Of a DNA stretch of 64,000 nt, positions 56,013 to 64,000 are shown one piece after another. Source of the stretch: Eubacteriales bacterium (GTDB lineage: Bacteria > Bacillota > Clostridia > Oscillospirales > RGIG577). The position numbers and the translations under genes are program-made. Under the pieces are notes generated by a model. It was not told the DNA's origin. It did no database searches and saw nothing but the letters and a program-made list of their open reading frames with translations. Within the stretch, counting starts at the first letter, position 1, and each line of letters begins with the position of its first letter. Where the stretch lies: assembly GCA_050943735.1 (NCBI GenBank), contig JBMNPT010000005.1:4209-68208 (forward strand), in the 5' to 3' direction.

Positions 56013-56744
56013 ATGGAAAAAATCAACATCAGAGGCATTGCCTTTGACAATGTGACGCTGGAACAAGCGGTGAATCGAGTTCTTGCTTTCACTGAAACAC
56101 CCGGCGCAAAAATGGTGGTCACCCCCAATTCCGAGATTGTGCAAATCTGTCTGGAGGACCCCCAGGTGGCGCAGGTGGTGTCCCGGGGAGATCTGATCAT
56201 CCCCGATGGCATTGGTGTGGTGTACGCTTCCAAAATATTGGGAACACCTCTCAAGCAGAAGGTGGCGGGGTTTGACTTGGCTGCCGCTCTGTTGCCTGAG
56301 TTGGAAAAGCGGGGCATTGGACTGTTTTTGCTGGGCAGCGCTCCGGGAGTAGCACAGGAGGCCGCCAGACGGATGCAGCAGCAGTATCCGGAGCTTTTGA
56401 TTTCCGGGACCCATGACGGCTATTTCCAGGAGGATGAGCCGGTGATCGAACAGATCAATGAGAGTGGTGCGCAGGTGCTGTTTGTGTGTCTGGGCGCCCC
56501 CAAACAGGAAAAATGGATGGAGGCAAACCGGGACAAGCTGCAGGTTCGGGCCATGCTGGGACTGGGCGGCAGTTTGGATGTGTTTGCGGGCAATGTGAAA
56601 CGGGCACCCGATATTTATATCAAGCTGGGACTGGAGTGGCTGTACCGGCTGATGAAGGAGCCATGGCGATACAAGAGAATGGCGAAACTGCCCCAGTTCC
56701 TGTTGGGAACCATAGCCTGTAAGATGAAGGGAAAAGGTGGATAA
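56013..56744 (+). CDS. WecB/TagA/CpsF family glycosyltransferase
   Basis: 243 aa. VTPNSEIV...LGAPKQEKWM are family-typical motifs. Confidence 0.88.
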   Translation: MEKINIRGIAFDNVTLEQAVNRVLAFTETPGAKMVVTPNSEIVQICLEDPQVAQVVSRGDLIIPDGIGVVYASKILGTPLKQKVAGFDLAAALLPELEKRGIGLFLLGSAPGVAQEAARRMQQQYPELLISGTHDGYFQEDEPVIEQINESGAQVLFVCLGAPKQEKWMEANRDKLQVRAMLGLGGSLDVFAGNVKRAPDIYIKLGLEWLYRLMKEPWRYKRMAKLPQFLLGTIACKMKGKGG

Positions 56745-56745
56745 A

Positions 56746-57513
56746 ATGAGTGAACTGAAAGTGGCTCTTCTGGCCTATACGCCGGAGCCCCAGAAGACGG
56801 TGGCCTGTGGTGCTAAAATGTGCTATTCCGCATCGGGCGTGCAGGAAATCCGGGAGGGACTCACCCCTGAGAAGGTGGACTCCTTTTTGCAGATGCTGGC
56901 TGAGCTGGGTCATGGCAGTGTGTTTGAGCACGCCTATTTTACCTTTGGAATTGAAGGGGTTTCCCGTAGTTTGCTGGCACAGCTCACCCGGCACCGCATT
57001 GCCAGCTACAGTGTGAAATCTCAACGGTATGTGCGGGAAGGCCAGTTTCAGTTTGTCATTCCACCGGAAATTGACGCCATCCCTCAGGCCCGAGAGAGAT
57101 TCCTGCAGGCCATGGAGGAGGACCAGCGGGCCTATGATGAACTGACTGAAATTCTGCGGACAAAGCATCTGCAAAGATTGCTGGAAGAGGGGATTCCCGA
57201 AAAGAGAGCCACTTCCATGGCCGAAAAACAGGCCATTGAAGACGCGCGGTTTGTACTGCCCAACGCCTGTGAAACCAAACTGGTCATGACCATTAACGCC
57301 CGGTCTTTGTTCAACTTTTTCCAGGAACGGTGCTGCAACCGGGCTCAGTGGGAAATCCGGGCGCTGGCCATGGAAATGCTGCGGCTGGTGCGGGAGGTGG
57401 CGCCCACCATCTTCGCCAATGCCGGCCCTGCCTGTCTGCGGGGAGATTGCCCGGAGGGCAAGATGACCTGCGGCAAAGTCAAAGAAGTGCGGGAGAGATT
57501 TTCTCATGTGTAG
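56746..57513 (+). CDS. thyX: FAD-dependent thymidylate synthase
   Basis: ThyX signature RHRIASYSVKSQRY. Confidence 0.93.
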   Translation: MSELKVALLAYTPEPQKTVACGAKMCYSASGVQEIREGLTPEKVDSFLQMLAELGHGSVFEHAYFTFGIEGVSRSLLAQLTRHRIASYSVKSQRYVREGQFQFVIPPEIDAIPQARERFLQAMEEDQRAYDELTEILRTKHLQRLLEEGIPEKRATSMAEKQAIEDARFVLPNACETKLVMTINARSLFNFFQERCCNRAQWEIRALAMEMLRLVREVAPTIFANAGPACLRGDCPEGKMTCGKVKEVRERFSHV

Positions 57514-58204
57514 TAAAAAGGGCAAGTTGATTGTGCTGGACGGAGTGGACAGCAGCGGGAAGGAAACCCAGACCCGTTTGTTGGCCCAGACGCTGGAGGC
57601 GGAAGGATGGCCGGTGAAAATGGTTTCCTTTCCCCGGTATGACAGGCCTTACAGCGCGCCGGTGCGGATGTATCTGGATGGAGCCTTTGGCAGTCGGCCT
57701 CAGGATGTGAATCCCTATGCGGCCTCCACCTTTTACGCGGTGGATCGCTTTGCCTCCTTTCGGGAGGAGTGGGGAAGCTGGCTGGAACAGGGTGGAATTG
57801 TGCTGGCGGATCGCTATACCACTTCCAATGCCATTCATCAGGGCGTAAAGCTGGATGGACAGCAGCGGCTGGACTTTTTCCGCTGGCTGTATCAGCTGGA
57901 GTTTGAGCAGATGGGGCTGCCCAGACCCGATTTGGTGCTGTTTTTGGACATGCCCCCCGCCATGGCGATGCAGCTGATGAAAGAACGGCGCAACAAAGCC
58001 ACTGGCGGCACACAAAAGGACATTCATGAAAGAGATGGGGAGTATTTGAATCGCTGCTATGACGCGGCCTGTGAGGCCTGTGGGTTTTATGGCTGGCGGA
58101 GGGTGCGCAGTGTGGTGGAGGGCCGCCTGCGTTCCCTGGAGGAGATTCATCAGGAGATTGTGCAAATGGTACGGGAGTCATTGGGGGACGGCCCGTCGGT
58201 GTAA
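57506..58204 (+). CDS. tmk: dTMP kinase
   Basis: LIVLDGVDSSGKETQ P-loop. It overlaps the thyX stop by 8 nt. Confidence 0.9.
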   Translation: MCSKKGKLIVLDGVDSSGKETQTRLLAQTLEAEGWPVKMVSFPRYDRPYSAPVRMYLDGAFGSRPQDVNPYAASTFYAVDRFASFREEWGSWLEQGGIVLADRYTTSNAIHQGVKLDGQQRLDFFRWLYQLEFEQMGLPRPDLVLFLDMPPAMAMQLMKERRNKATGGTQKDIHERDGEYLNRCYDAACEACGFYGWRRVRSVVEGRLRSLEEIHQEIVQMVRESLGDGPSV

Positions 58205-58247
58205 TAGAGGAGGAAAGAACGCCCTTTTGAAAAACGGGCGGATATGT

Positions 58248-59135
58248 ATGCTGAATTTCAAATCGGTTGAGCTGGAAGACAAAAAACTGCTGGAACCCTA
58301 TCTGCGGTCCAGCCAGTATAACAACTGTGACTTCAGTTTCACCAATGTATATATGTGGCGAAAAAAGTATCGTACCAGCTGGGCGCTGTGCGGCGGTCGG
58401 TTGGTGCTCTTGTCCGGGGAAAAGGTATTTCTGATGCCATTGGGCAGCGGACCGCTGGAGCCGGTGCTGCGGGAGATGATGGACTATGCCCGGGACAAGA
58501 GCCATCCCTTTGTGATCGGGGCCGTGACGCCTCAGATGTGGGAAGAATTGCAGGCCTGCATGCCAGGGGCATTTGAGTATACCACTGACCGGGATTACTG
58601 CGATTACCTGTATGCCGGAGAAAAGCTGGCGAACTTGGCAGGCAAAAAACTGCACTCCAAGCGTAACCACATCAACAAATTCAAGGCCACCTATCCGGAT
58701 TATTCCTATGAAACCATCACTGCGGACAATCTGCCTGAGGTGGTGGAGATGCACAGTCAGTGGTGTGTGATTAATCATTGTGTGCAGGACCCGGAACTGT
58801 TGGAGGAGAGCTGTGCGGTGCGGGACGTACTGCGGCATTATGAGGCGTTGGAGGTGCAAGGTGGTCTGCTGCGTGCCGGCGGACGGGTGGTGGCTTTTTC
58901 CATCGGTCAGCCCATCAATGACCAGTGTTATGATGTGTGCATTGAAAAGGCGTTTTATGATGTAAACGGCGCCTATACCATGATCAATCAGCAGTTTGTT
59001 CAGCACAACTGTCAGGGTTTTGCCTGGATCAACCGGGAGGAAGACCTGGGGTTGGAAGGACTGCGAAAAGCCAAGACTTCCTATTATCCGGAGATTTTGC
59101 TGGACAAGGGAACGGTGTGTTTGCAGGAGGAGTGA
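58248..59135 (+). CDS. DUF2156 domain protein (lysyl-PG synthase C-terminal-like acyl/aminoacyl transferase fold)
   Basis: MLNFKSVELEDKKLLEPYL...CDFSFTNVYMWR...KLHSKRNHINKF. ATG 58248 is preferred over the track start. Confidence 0.75.
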   Translation: MLNFKSVELEDKKLLEPYLRSSQYNNCDFSFTNVYMWRKKYRTSWALCGGRLVLLSGEKVFLMPLGSGPLEPVLREMMDYARDKSHPFVIGAVTPQMWEELQACMPGAFEYTTDRDYCDYLYAGEKLANLAGKKLHSKRNHINKFKATYPDYSYETITADNLPEVVEMHSQWCVINHCVQDPELLEESCAVRDVLRHYEALEVQGGLLRAGGRVVAFSIGQPINDQCYDVCIEKAFYDVNGAYTMINQQFVQHNCQGFAWINREEDLGLEGLRKAKTSYYPEILLDKGTVCLQEE

Positions 59136-59141
59136 TCACAC

Positions 59142-60155
59142 ATGATCAGACGGGCTTCACCGGCGGACAAAACCGCTGTGATGGAGATGTGGGATCGGGT
59201 GTTTGGGGAAAGTGACGCCTATATGGAGCTGTACTTTACTCAAAAGTACCGGGACGATCAATGCTATCTTTCGGAGCGGGACGGTGTGATATGTTCTTCG
59301 CTGCAGGTGCTTCCCTATGACTTTGGACTGTGGGAGGACCGGGTGCGAATGGGGTATATCTCCGGGGTGGCCACTCTGTCCGAATTTCGGGGACAGGGGG
59401 AAATGACCCAGCTGCTGGAAGGAACTTTGCGGGGAATGGAGCAGGATGGTTATACACTGGCCACTTTGATTCCCGCGAGTTCTTCGTTGTTTGGATTATA
59501 TCGCCGCTTCGGCTTTGGCACCTGCTTTCACATTCGGAGCCGGTGGGTGGCTCTTACCCCCGGTCCGGGGCAGATGCTCACCCCCTGGAAAGGGGAAGAG
59601 ATTTACGATTGTTACCATCGGTGGCAGAGTCGATTTCCCTGCGGGGTGGTCAAATCCCGCCGCGATCTGGAAGTGGTCCTACGGGAACATCAGGCAGGAG
59701 GCGGGGAGCTGTGGCTGCTGACGGGCAATGGCGGTGTGGAGGGAATGGCCTTTGTGCTGCCTGGAGAAGAGGACCTGATGGTGCGGGAGCTGTTGTGCCG
59801 GCACGATCAGGAAATGCCTGTTTTGCGCACGTTGATGCGGCATTACGGACATGAGCAGGTGCTGCTGGCTCAGGGCGGGACAGAGGGGCATCCCTTTGGC
59901 ATGGCCCGGGCGGTGGATCTGTATGCCATGGCCCAGCAGCTGGCCCGGCGCAATCCCACGCTGCGGAGGGAGTTTCAGGTGGAGGACCCCATTTTGCCGC
60001 GAAACAGCGGTGGATATCAAATTGACCGGGGAGAGTGCATTAGAACACAGCCTAAGGGAACTCTTCTGACGGTAGAACAGGCCACTGTGTGGCTGCTGAT
60101 GGGCGGGGCTGGCGCGCATGCCACCCAGCCGTACATGAATCTGATGCTGAACTGA
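59142..60155 (+). CDS. GNAT family N-acetyltransferase (Eis-like, with a C-terminal SCP2-like region)
   Basis: GVATLSEFRGQGEMTQLL acetyl-CoA motif, 337 aa. Confidence 0.8.
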   Translation: MIRRASPADKTAVMEMWDRVFGESDAYMELYFTQKYRDDQCYLSERDGVICSSLQVLPYDFGLWEDRVRMGYISGVATLSEFRGQGEMTQLLEGTLRGMEQDGYTLATLIPASSSLFGLYRRFGFGTCFHIRSRWVALTPGPGQMLTPWKGEEIYDCYHRWQSRFPCGVVKSRRDLEVVLREHQAGGGELWLLTGNGGVEGMAFVLPGEEDLMVRELLCRHDQEMPVLRTLMRHYGHEQVLLAQGGTEGHPFGMARAVDLYAMAQQLARRNPTLRREFQVEDPILPRNSGGYQIDRGECIRTQPKGTLLTVEQATVWLLMGGAGAHATQPYMNLMLN

Positions 60156-60168
60156 GAGGTGTGTACTT

Positions 60169-60717
60169 ATGGTATTGGAATTTTTGGCAGATGGATTTGA
60201 AGAGATGGAGGCCATGGTGCCCTGTGATTATCTGCGCCGGTGCGGTGTGGATGTGCGGCTGGTGGGTGTCACCGGTCGGACGGTGACTGGCAGTCATGGC
60301 GTGCCTTTTGTATGTGATCAGACATTGGAAGAGATTTCGCTGGAGCAGCTGGAGGGAATCATCCTCCCAGGCGGGATGCCCGGCACCACCAATCTTTATG
60401 ACAGTGAGCAGGTGCGCCGGATCATCGGCGTGGCAGCAGAAAACAATCTGCTGGTGAGCGCTATTTGTGCGGCCCCCAGCATTCTGGGCAAGATGGGACT
60501 GCTCCGGGGGAAAAAGGCCATTTGCTTCCCCGGGTTTGAGGCCACCCTGCTGGACGCTTGTGTGATCAGCCGGCCGGTGGTGGTGGACGGCAATTTTATC
60601 ACTTCTAAGGGAGCGGGAACCGCACTGGAATTTGCCTATGAACTGGCTGTATTTCTGCGGGGCAAGGACAAGGCACAGGAAATTGGAGAACAGATTCAGT
60701 GGAACAGAAAATTCTGA
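60169..60717 (+). CDS. DJ-1/PfpI family protein
   Basis: AICAAPSILG nucleophile elbow, 182 aa. Confidence 0.88.
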   Translation: MVLEFLADGFEEMEAMVPCDYLRRCGVDVRLVGVTGRTVTGSHGVPFVCDQTLEEISLEQLEGIILPGGMPGTTNLYDSEQVRRIIGVAAENNLLVSAICAAPSILGKMGLLRGKKAICFPGFEATLLDACVISRPVVVDGNFITSKGAGTALEFAYELAVFLRGKDKAQEIGEQIQWNRKF

Positions 60718-61241
60718 GCCGGCAAAAAGCCCGGCAGCGAAGGGATGGTCTGTCGGCCGAATATCGGAAGCAGGCGGATGAGATGATCACCCAAAAGCTG
60801 GTGGAGCTGGTGGAGCGGCTGGACTGTCGCAGAGTGTGCCTGTATGCTTCTGTGGGCAGTGAGGTAGACACCTGGCAGGCCATGGAAGAGCTATGGCGGC
60901 GGGGAGTCGAAGTGTATTTACCCCGCACCAGGTCTCGGGGAGAGATGGATTTCTTCCGGGTGGAAAACCGGAGGCAGCTTGTGAAGGCCCGTTTTCAGCT
61001 GTGGGAACCGGAAGAGGGATGTCCGTCCCTTGGAGAGATACCGGATTTGATTGTAGTGCCTGCACTGGCTTTTGACCGGCAGGGCTGGCGTGTGGGTTAT
61101 GGCGGCGGATATTATGACCGGTATTTGCAGAGAATGGATGTGCCGGCAGTGGGGCTGTGCTATGAGGCCTGTATGGAAGAGCAGGTGCCGGTGGAACCCC
61201 ATGACCGGAAGGTACAGTGGATTTTGACAGAAGGGAGGTGA
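60699..61241 (+). CDS. 5-formyltetrahydrofolate cyclo-ligase
   Basis: VPALAFDRQGWRVGYGGGYYDRYL motif. GTG start overlapping the DJ-1 stop. Confidence 0.88.
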   Translation: MEQKILSRQKARQRRDGLSAEYRKQADEMITQKLVELVERLDCRRVCLYASVGSEVDTWQAMEELWRRGVEVYLPRTRSRGEMDFFRVENRRQLVKARFQLWEPEEGCPSLGEIPDLIVVPALAFDRQGWRVGYGGGYYDRYLQRMDVPAVGLCYEACMEEQVPVEPHDRKVQWILTEGR

Positions 61242-61245
61242 CGGT

Positions 61246-62178
61246 ATGGAACAGGTGATGGCCTGTACCCGTTGGACGGTACAGTGGCTGAGAAAACTGC
61301 AGAATTTTTTGCAGGCACAATGGGACAGAAGTGCCAGCAGTTGTTTGTTGCTGCTCAGTTTGGCGATGCTGTGCGTATCTTCATTGTTGCAGCCGGTTTT
61401 TACCCGGTTGGGAGTGGATGCCACTGAACAGGTGATTTTCATTCAGTGCATCAGCTTCCTGCTGCCGGCCGGATTGTATTTCTGGCTAGAGCGGGATCGT
61501 GAGGCGTTCCGGTTTCGTACGGTCCCTCTGACAGAGATTCCGCTGGTGATTCTGGCATCGGTGGCATTGTCCATTGTGTGTTTGTTGCTCTCTTCCCTGC
61601 TTTTGCTGCTCACCGGTGGAGGAAAAGGCTTGTCCTCCGCGGGAATTTTAGGCAATTCTATGCAGCTGGGATTGTTTGCCGGAGCCATTTTACCCGCCTT
61701 CTGTGAGGAGTTTCTCTTGCGGGGAGCGGTGCTGCGTAAGCAGGAGAGCATGGGGCGTTTCTGCATTCTACTCTCTGGTGTGGGATTTGCCATGCTGCAC
61801 GGCAGTCTGGACAACTGGATCGGACCATGTTTGGCCGGCTGTGTCTATGCCGGACTCACCCTTCGATATCAATCTGTTTTGCCGGCCATGGTTTCTCATT
61901 TTGTCAACAATGCCTATTTGTTCCTGATGGGACATTTGGCGGATCGATATGCGGGAATGGATGCGATTTTGTTGCTGTATATCATCAATGTGGTACTGCT
62001 TTTTTCCTGTATTTATGGTATAATCATTTATTACGAGAAGCACCGGGAAAGCATTCGCTTTTTTCAGCCATTGTCCTTGCCGGTGACTGATCGTATGGAA
62101 GTCCGCAGAGCGGTAACCAGCCTGCCCTTTATACTGTTTTGTGTACTGTGGGTGGGCCGGGTGATTCTGGCTCTGTAA
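61246..62178 (+). CDS. CPBP family intramembrane glutamic endopeptidase
   Basis: EEFLLRG, FAMLHG and HFVNN motifs. Polytopic. Confidence 0.85.
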   Translation: MEQVMACTRWTVQWLRKLQNFLQAQWDRSASSCLLLLSLAMLCVSSLLQPVFTRLGVDATEQVIFIQCISFLLPAGLYFWLERDREAFRFRTVPLTEIPLVILASVALSIVCLLLSSLLLLLTGGGKGLSSAGILGNSMQLGLFAGAILPAFCEEFLLRGAVLRKQESMGRFCILLSGVGFAMLHGSLDNWIGPCLAGCVYAGLTLRYQSVLPAMVSHFVNNAYLFLMGHLADRYAGMDAILLLYIINVVLLFSCIYGIIIYYEKHRESIRFFQPLSLPVTDRMEVRRAVTSLPFILFCVLWVGRVILAL

Positions 62179-62208
62179 AATCTGGCACACTACGGAGGAA
62201 TTTACAAT

Positions 62209-63399
62209 ATGGCAGAACATGGAAGACGCGTGGCAAGATCATCCAACCGGCGGGTCGCCAAACCTGCTCGTCAGGAGCGTGCTGCCAGTAGCAGCAGCCG
62301 CCCCACAGCTGGACCTCCCGCGCAAAAGCAGAAAAAGAAAAAAACGGTACACATGTCCAACTCCGGCTGGATGCTGTACATTGTAATTATTTTGCTTTTA
62401 TCCTGTCTGCTGTCCTATTTCGCGGTGACCATGGCCAACGATATGTTTGGATTTGTGAAAGAGGACAGTGTGGTCACTGTGACAGTGGACAAGGAGGATA
62501 CGCTGGAAACCATCACCGATATGCTGGACGAGGAGGGGTTCCTCCAATATCCCTGGCTGTTCGAGTTCTATGTGGAACTCACCGGAGACCAGGATAACTT
62601 CAACTACGGCACCTATGATCTCAATACCAATATGACCTATCAGCAGATCATATCCACGCTGCAGTCGGTTTCCAAGGATGCCAATGTCATCGCGGTCACC
62701 ATTCCAGAAGGCTTTGATCTGGATGACATTTACAAGCGGTTGGAGAGCAATGATGTCTGTTCCTATGAGCGTTTGGCGGAGACCGGGCAGGAACGGCCTT
62801 GGAAGCACTCTTTCCTGGCGTCTGATCTGGTGCCCATGGACCGGCAGAATCGGATTGAGGGGTATCTGTTCCCTGATACCTATAATTTCTATGTGGGCGA
62901 CAATCCGGTGGATGTGCTCAATAAAATGCTCAACAACTTCGACAGCAAATTTTCTGAGGAATACCGGGCAAGAGCAGAGGAAATTGGAATGTCCATTGAT
63001 GAAGTGGTGATTTTGGCTTCCATGATTCAAATGGAAGCTGCCAGTGTGGATGAGATGGCTTTGATTTCTTCGGTGTTCCACAATCGTCTGAACGGCGCAC
63101 TGGGAGGATATTTGCAGTCTGATGCCACACTGAAATATGTGGTACCCGACGCGGGGGCATCCCTGACAGCGGAACAGTTGCAGATGGACAGTCCCTACAA
63201 CACCTATAAATATCCGGGTCTGCCACCTACACCCATTTGCTGTCCCGGTCTGGATGCCATTGCCGCGGCGCTGTATCCAGAAGAAACCGATTATCTCTAC
63301 TTTGTGGCCATGGCAGATGGAAGCAAGTCCCTCTTTGCCTCCACAGCGGAAGAACACGAAAAGAACATTCAGACAGCGGGGATTCGGGATGGAGAATAA
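62209..63399 (+). CDS. mltG: endolytic transglycosylase MltG (YceG-like)
   Basis: Basic, disordered N-terminus, a single TM, then a YceG domain (ASMIQMEA...VFHNRL...YNTYKYPGLPPTPICCPG). Confidence 0.9.
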   Translation: MAEHGRRVARSSNRRVAKPARQERAASSSSRPTAGPPAQKQKKKKTVHMSNSGWMLYIVIILLLSCLLSYFAVTMANDMFGFVKEDSVVTVTVDKEDTLETITDMLDEEGFLQYPWLFEFYVELTGDQDNFNYGTYDLNTNMTYQQIISTLQSVSKDANVIAVTIPEGFDLDDIYKRLESNDVCSYERLAETGQERPWKHSFLASDLVPMDRQNRIEGYLFPDTYNFYVGDNPVDVLNKMLNNFDSKFSEEYRARAEEIGMSIDEVVILASMIQMEAASVDEMALISSVFHNRLNGALGGYLQSDATLKYVVPDAGASLTAEQLQMDSPYNTYKYPGLPPTPICCPGLDAIAAALYPEETDYLYFVAMADGSKSLFASTAEEHEKNIQTAGIRDGE

Positions 63400-64000
63400 T
63401 CGAGTGGAATGTGTGTCTGGTGTGGAAGATTCCATCAACCACGACTATATCACACAGTATATCCGCAGTCTGTTGCCAGTTCGAGTGGGAATTCAGGCGG
63501 AACTGGAGCGGTATGCCATGCAGGAGCATGTGCCCATTGTGCAGCCGGAAGTGGCCCGCTTTCTGGAAACCCTGTGCGGTTTGCTGCAGCCCCGGAGCAT
63601 TCTGGAGGTGGGAACCGCCATTGGATACAGTGCCATGCTGATGTATTTTGCCTGTGAAAAAGGTCCCCATATCACCACCATCGAGCGATATGATAAAATG
63701 GTGGAGCAAGCCCGGCGAAACTTTGAGCGTGCGGGTATGGCTCGGGATGTGACCCTGATTGAAGGGGATGCGGCGCTGGTGCTGGATGAGCTGGATGGAC
63801 CCTACGACCTGATTTTTGTGGACGCGGCCAAGGGACAGTATCCCTTGTTCTTACAGCATTCCCTGCGGCTGCTGCGTCCGGGCGGAGTGCTGTTGTGCGA
63901 CAATGTGCTCTATCAGGGCATGACCGCCAGCGATGAAAAGGTGATTCGGCGAAAAATCACCATTGTCAAGCGGATGCGGGACTTTTTGGAGCAGGTGATG
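63389..64000 (+). CDS. class I SAM-dependent O-methyltransferase (YrrM/caffeoyl-CoA OMT family), 3' end outside the window
   Basis: Manual translation from ATG 63389: MENNRVECVSGVEDSINHDYITQYIRSLL...ILEVGTAIGYSA...DLIFVDAAKGQY. It is open to the window end, so it is absent from the ORF track. Confidence 0.85.
   Translation, partial: MENNRVECVSGVEDSINHDYITQYIRSLLPVRVGIQAELERYAMQEHVPIVQPEVARFLETLCGLLQPRSILEVGTAIGYSAMLMYFACEKGPHITTIERYDKMVEQARRNFERAGMARDVTLIEGDAALVLDELDGPYDLIFVDAAKGQYPLFLQHSLRLLRPGGVLLCDNVLYQGMTASDEKVIRRKITIVKRMRDFLEQVM

Overview
This is a chromosomal segment from a moderately GC-rich Gram-positive anaerobe. It looks Clostridia-like (CIRCE upstream of groES, Cheo-type LexA boxes, a THF riboswitch ahead of folT, lipobox lipoproteins), but the taxon is inference. 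All functional calls come from reading the supplied translations and the DNA by eye; no database or HMM search was run.

Gene content in order:
- a partial macro-domain hydrolase and a PNPOx/ferredoxin fusion
- a lower-GC arsenic island (arsR, ArsP-type permease, thioredoxin-like protein, arsC)
- an XRE regulator and a MATE exporter
- uxuA-gntR-uxuB, YfhO, an aminotransferase, and a THF riboswitch with folT
- a secreted stalk-domain protein and tRNA-Gln
- a BMP/nucleoside-type ABC importer followed by three hydrolases and a HutC-type regulator
- a tandem OB-fold protein and a flavin reductase-rubredoxin
- PyrB with a fused PyrI zinc domain, an rlmI-like methyltransferase, tRNA-Gly and a flavodoxin
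- groES-groEL behind CIRCE, NfeD-SPFH, pyk and purEMNHD
- downstream of the phage-like cluster: a tagA-like gene, thyX, tmk, DUF2156, an Eis-like GNAT, DJ-1, MTHFS, a CPBP protease, mltG and a partial O-methyltransferase

The stand-out is a compact cluster of about 12.4 kb and 19 ORFs at 43.5-55.9 kb that resembles the PBSX late operon (head plus contractile tail).
- It has a sigma-region-4 regulator behind a promoter bracketed by two LexA boxes.
- It has a 55-aa TerS-like ORF, and only a 169-aa acidic protein where a tape measure should be.
- The tail-chaperone gene is out of its usual position and carries an A_AAA_AAA -1 frameshift site.
- It has no integrase, replication, immunity, fibre or lysis genes.
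- I read it as a host-controlled (domesticated, GTA-like or PBSX-like) particle locus.

The many very long antisense ORFs in the track are shadow ORFs. No CRISPR array, rRNA or transposase was seen.
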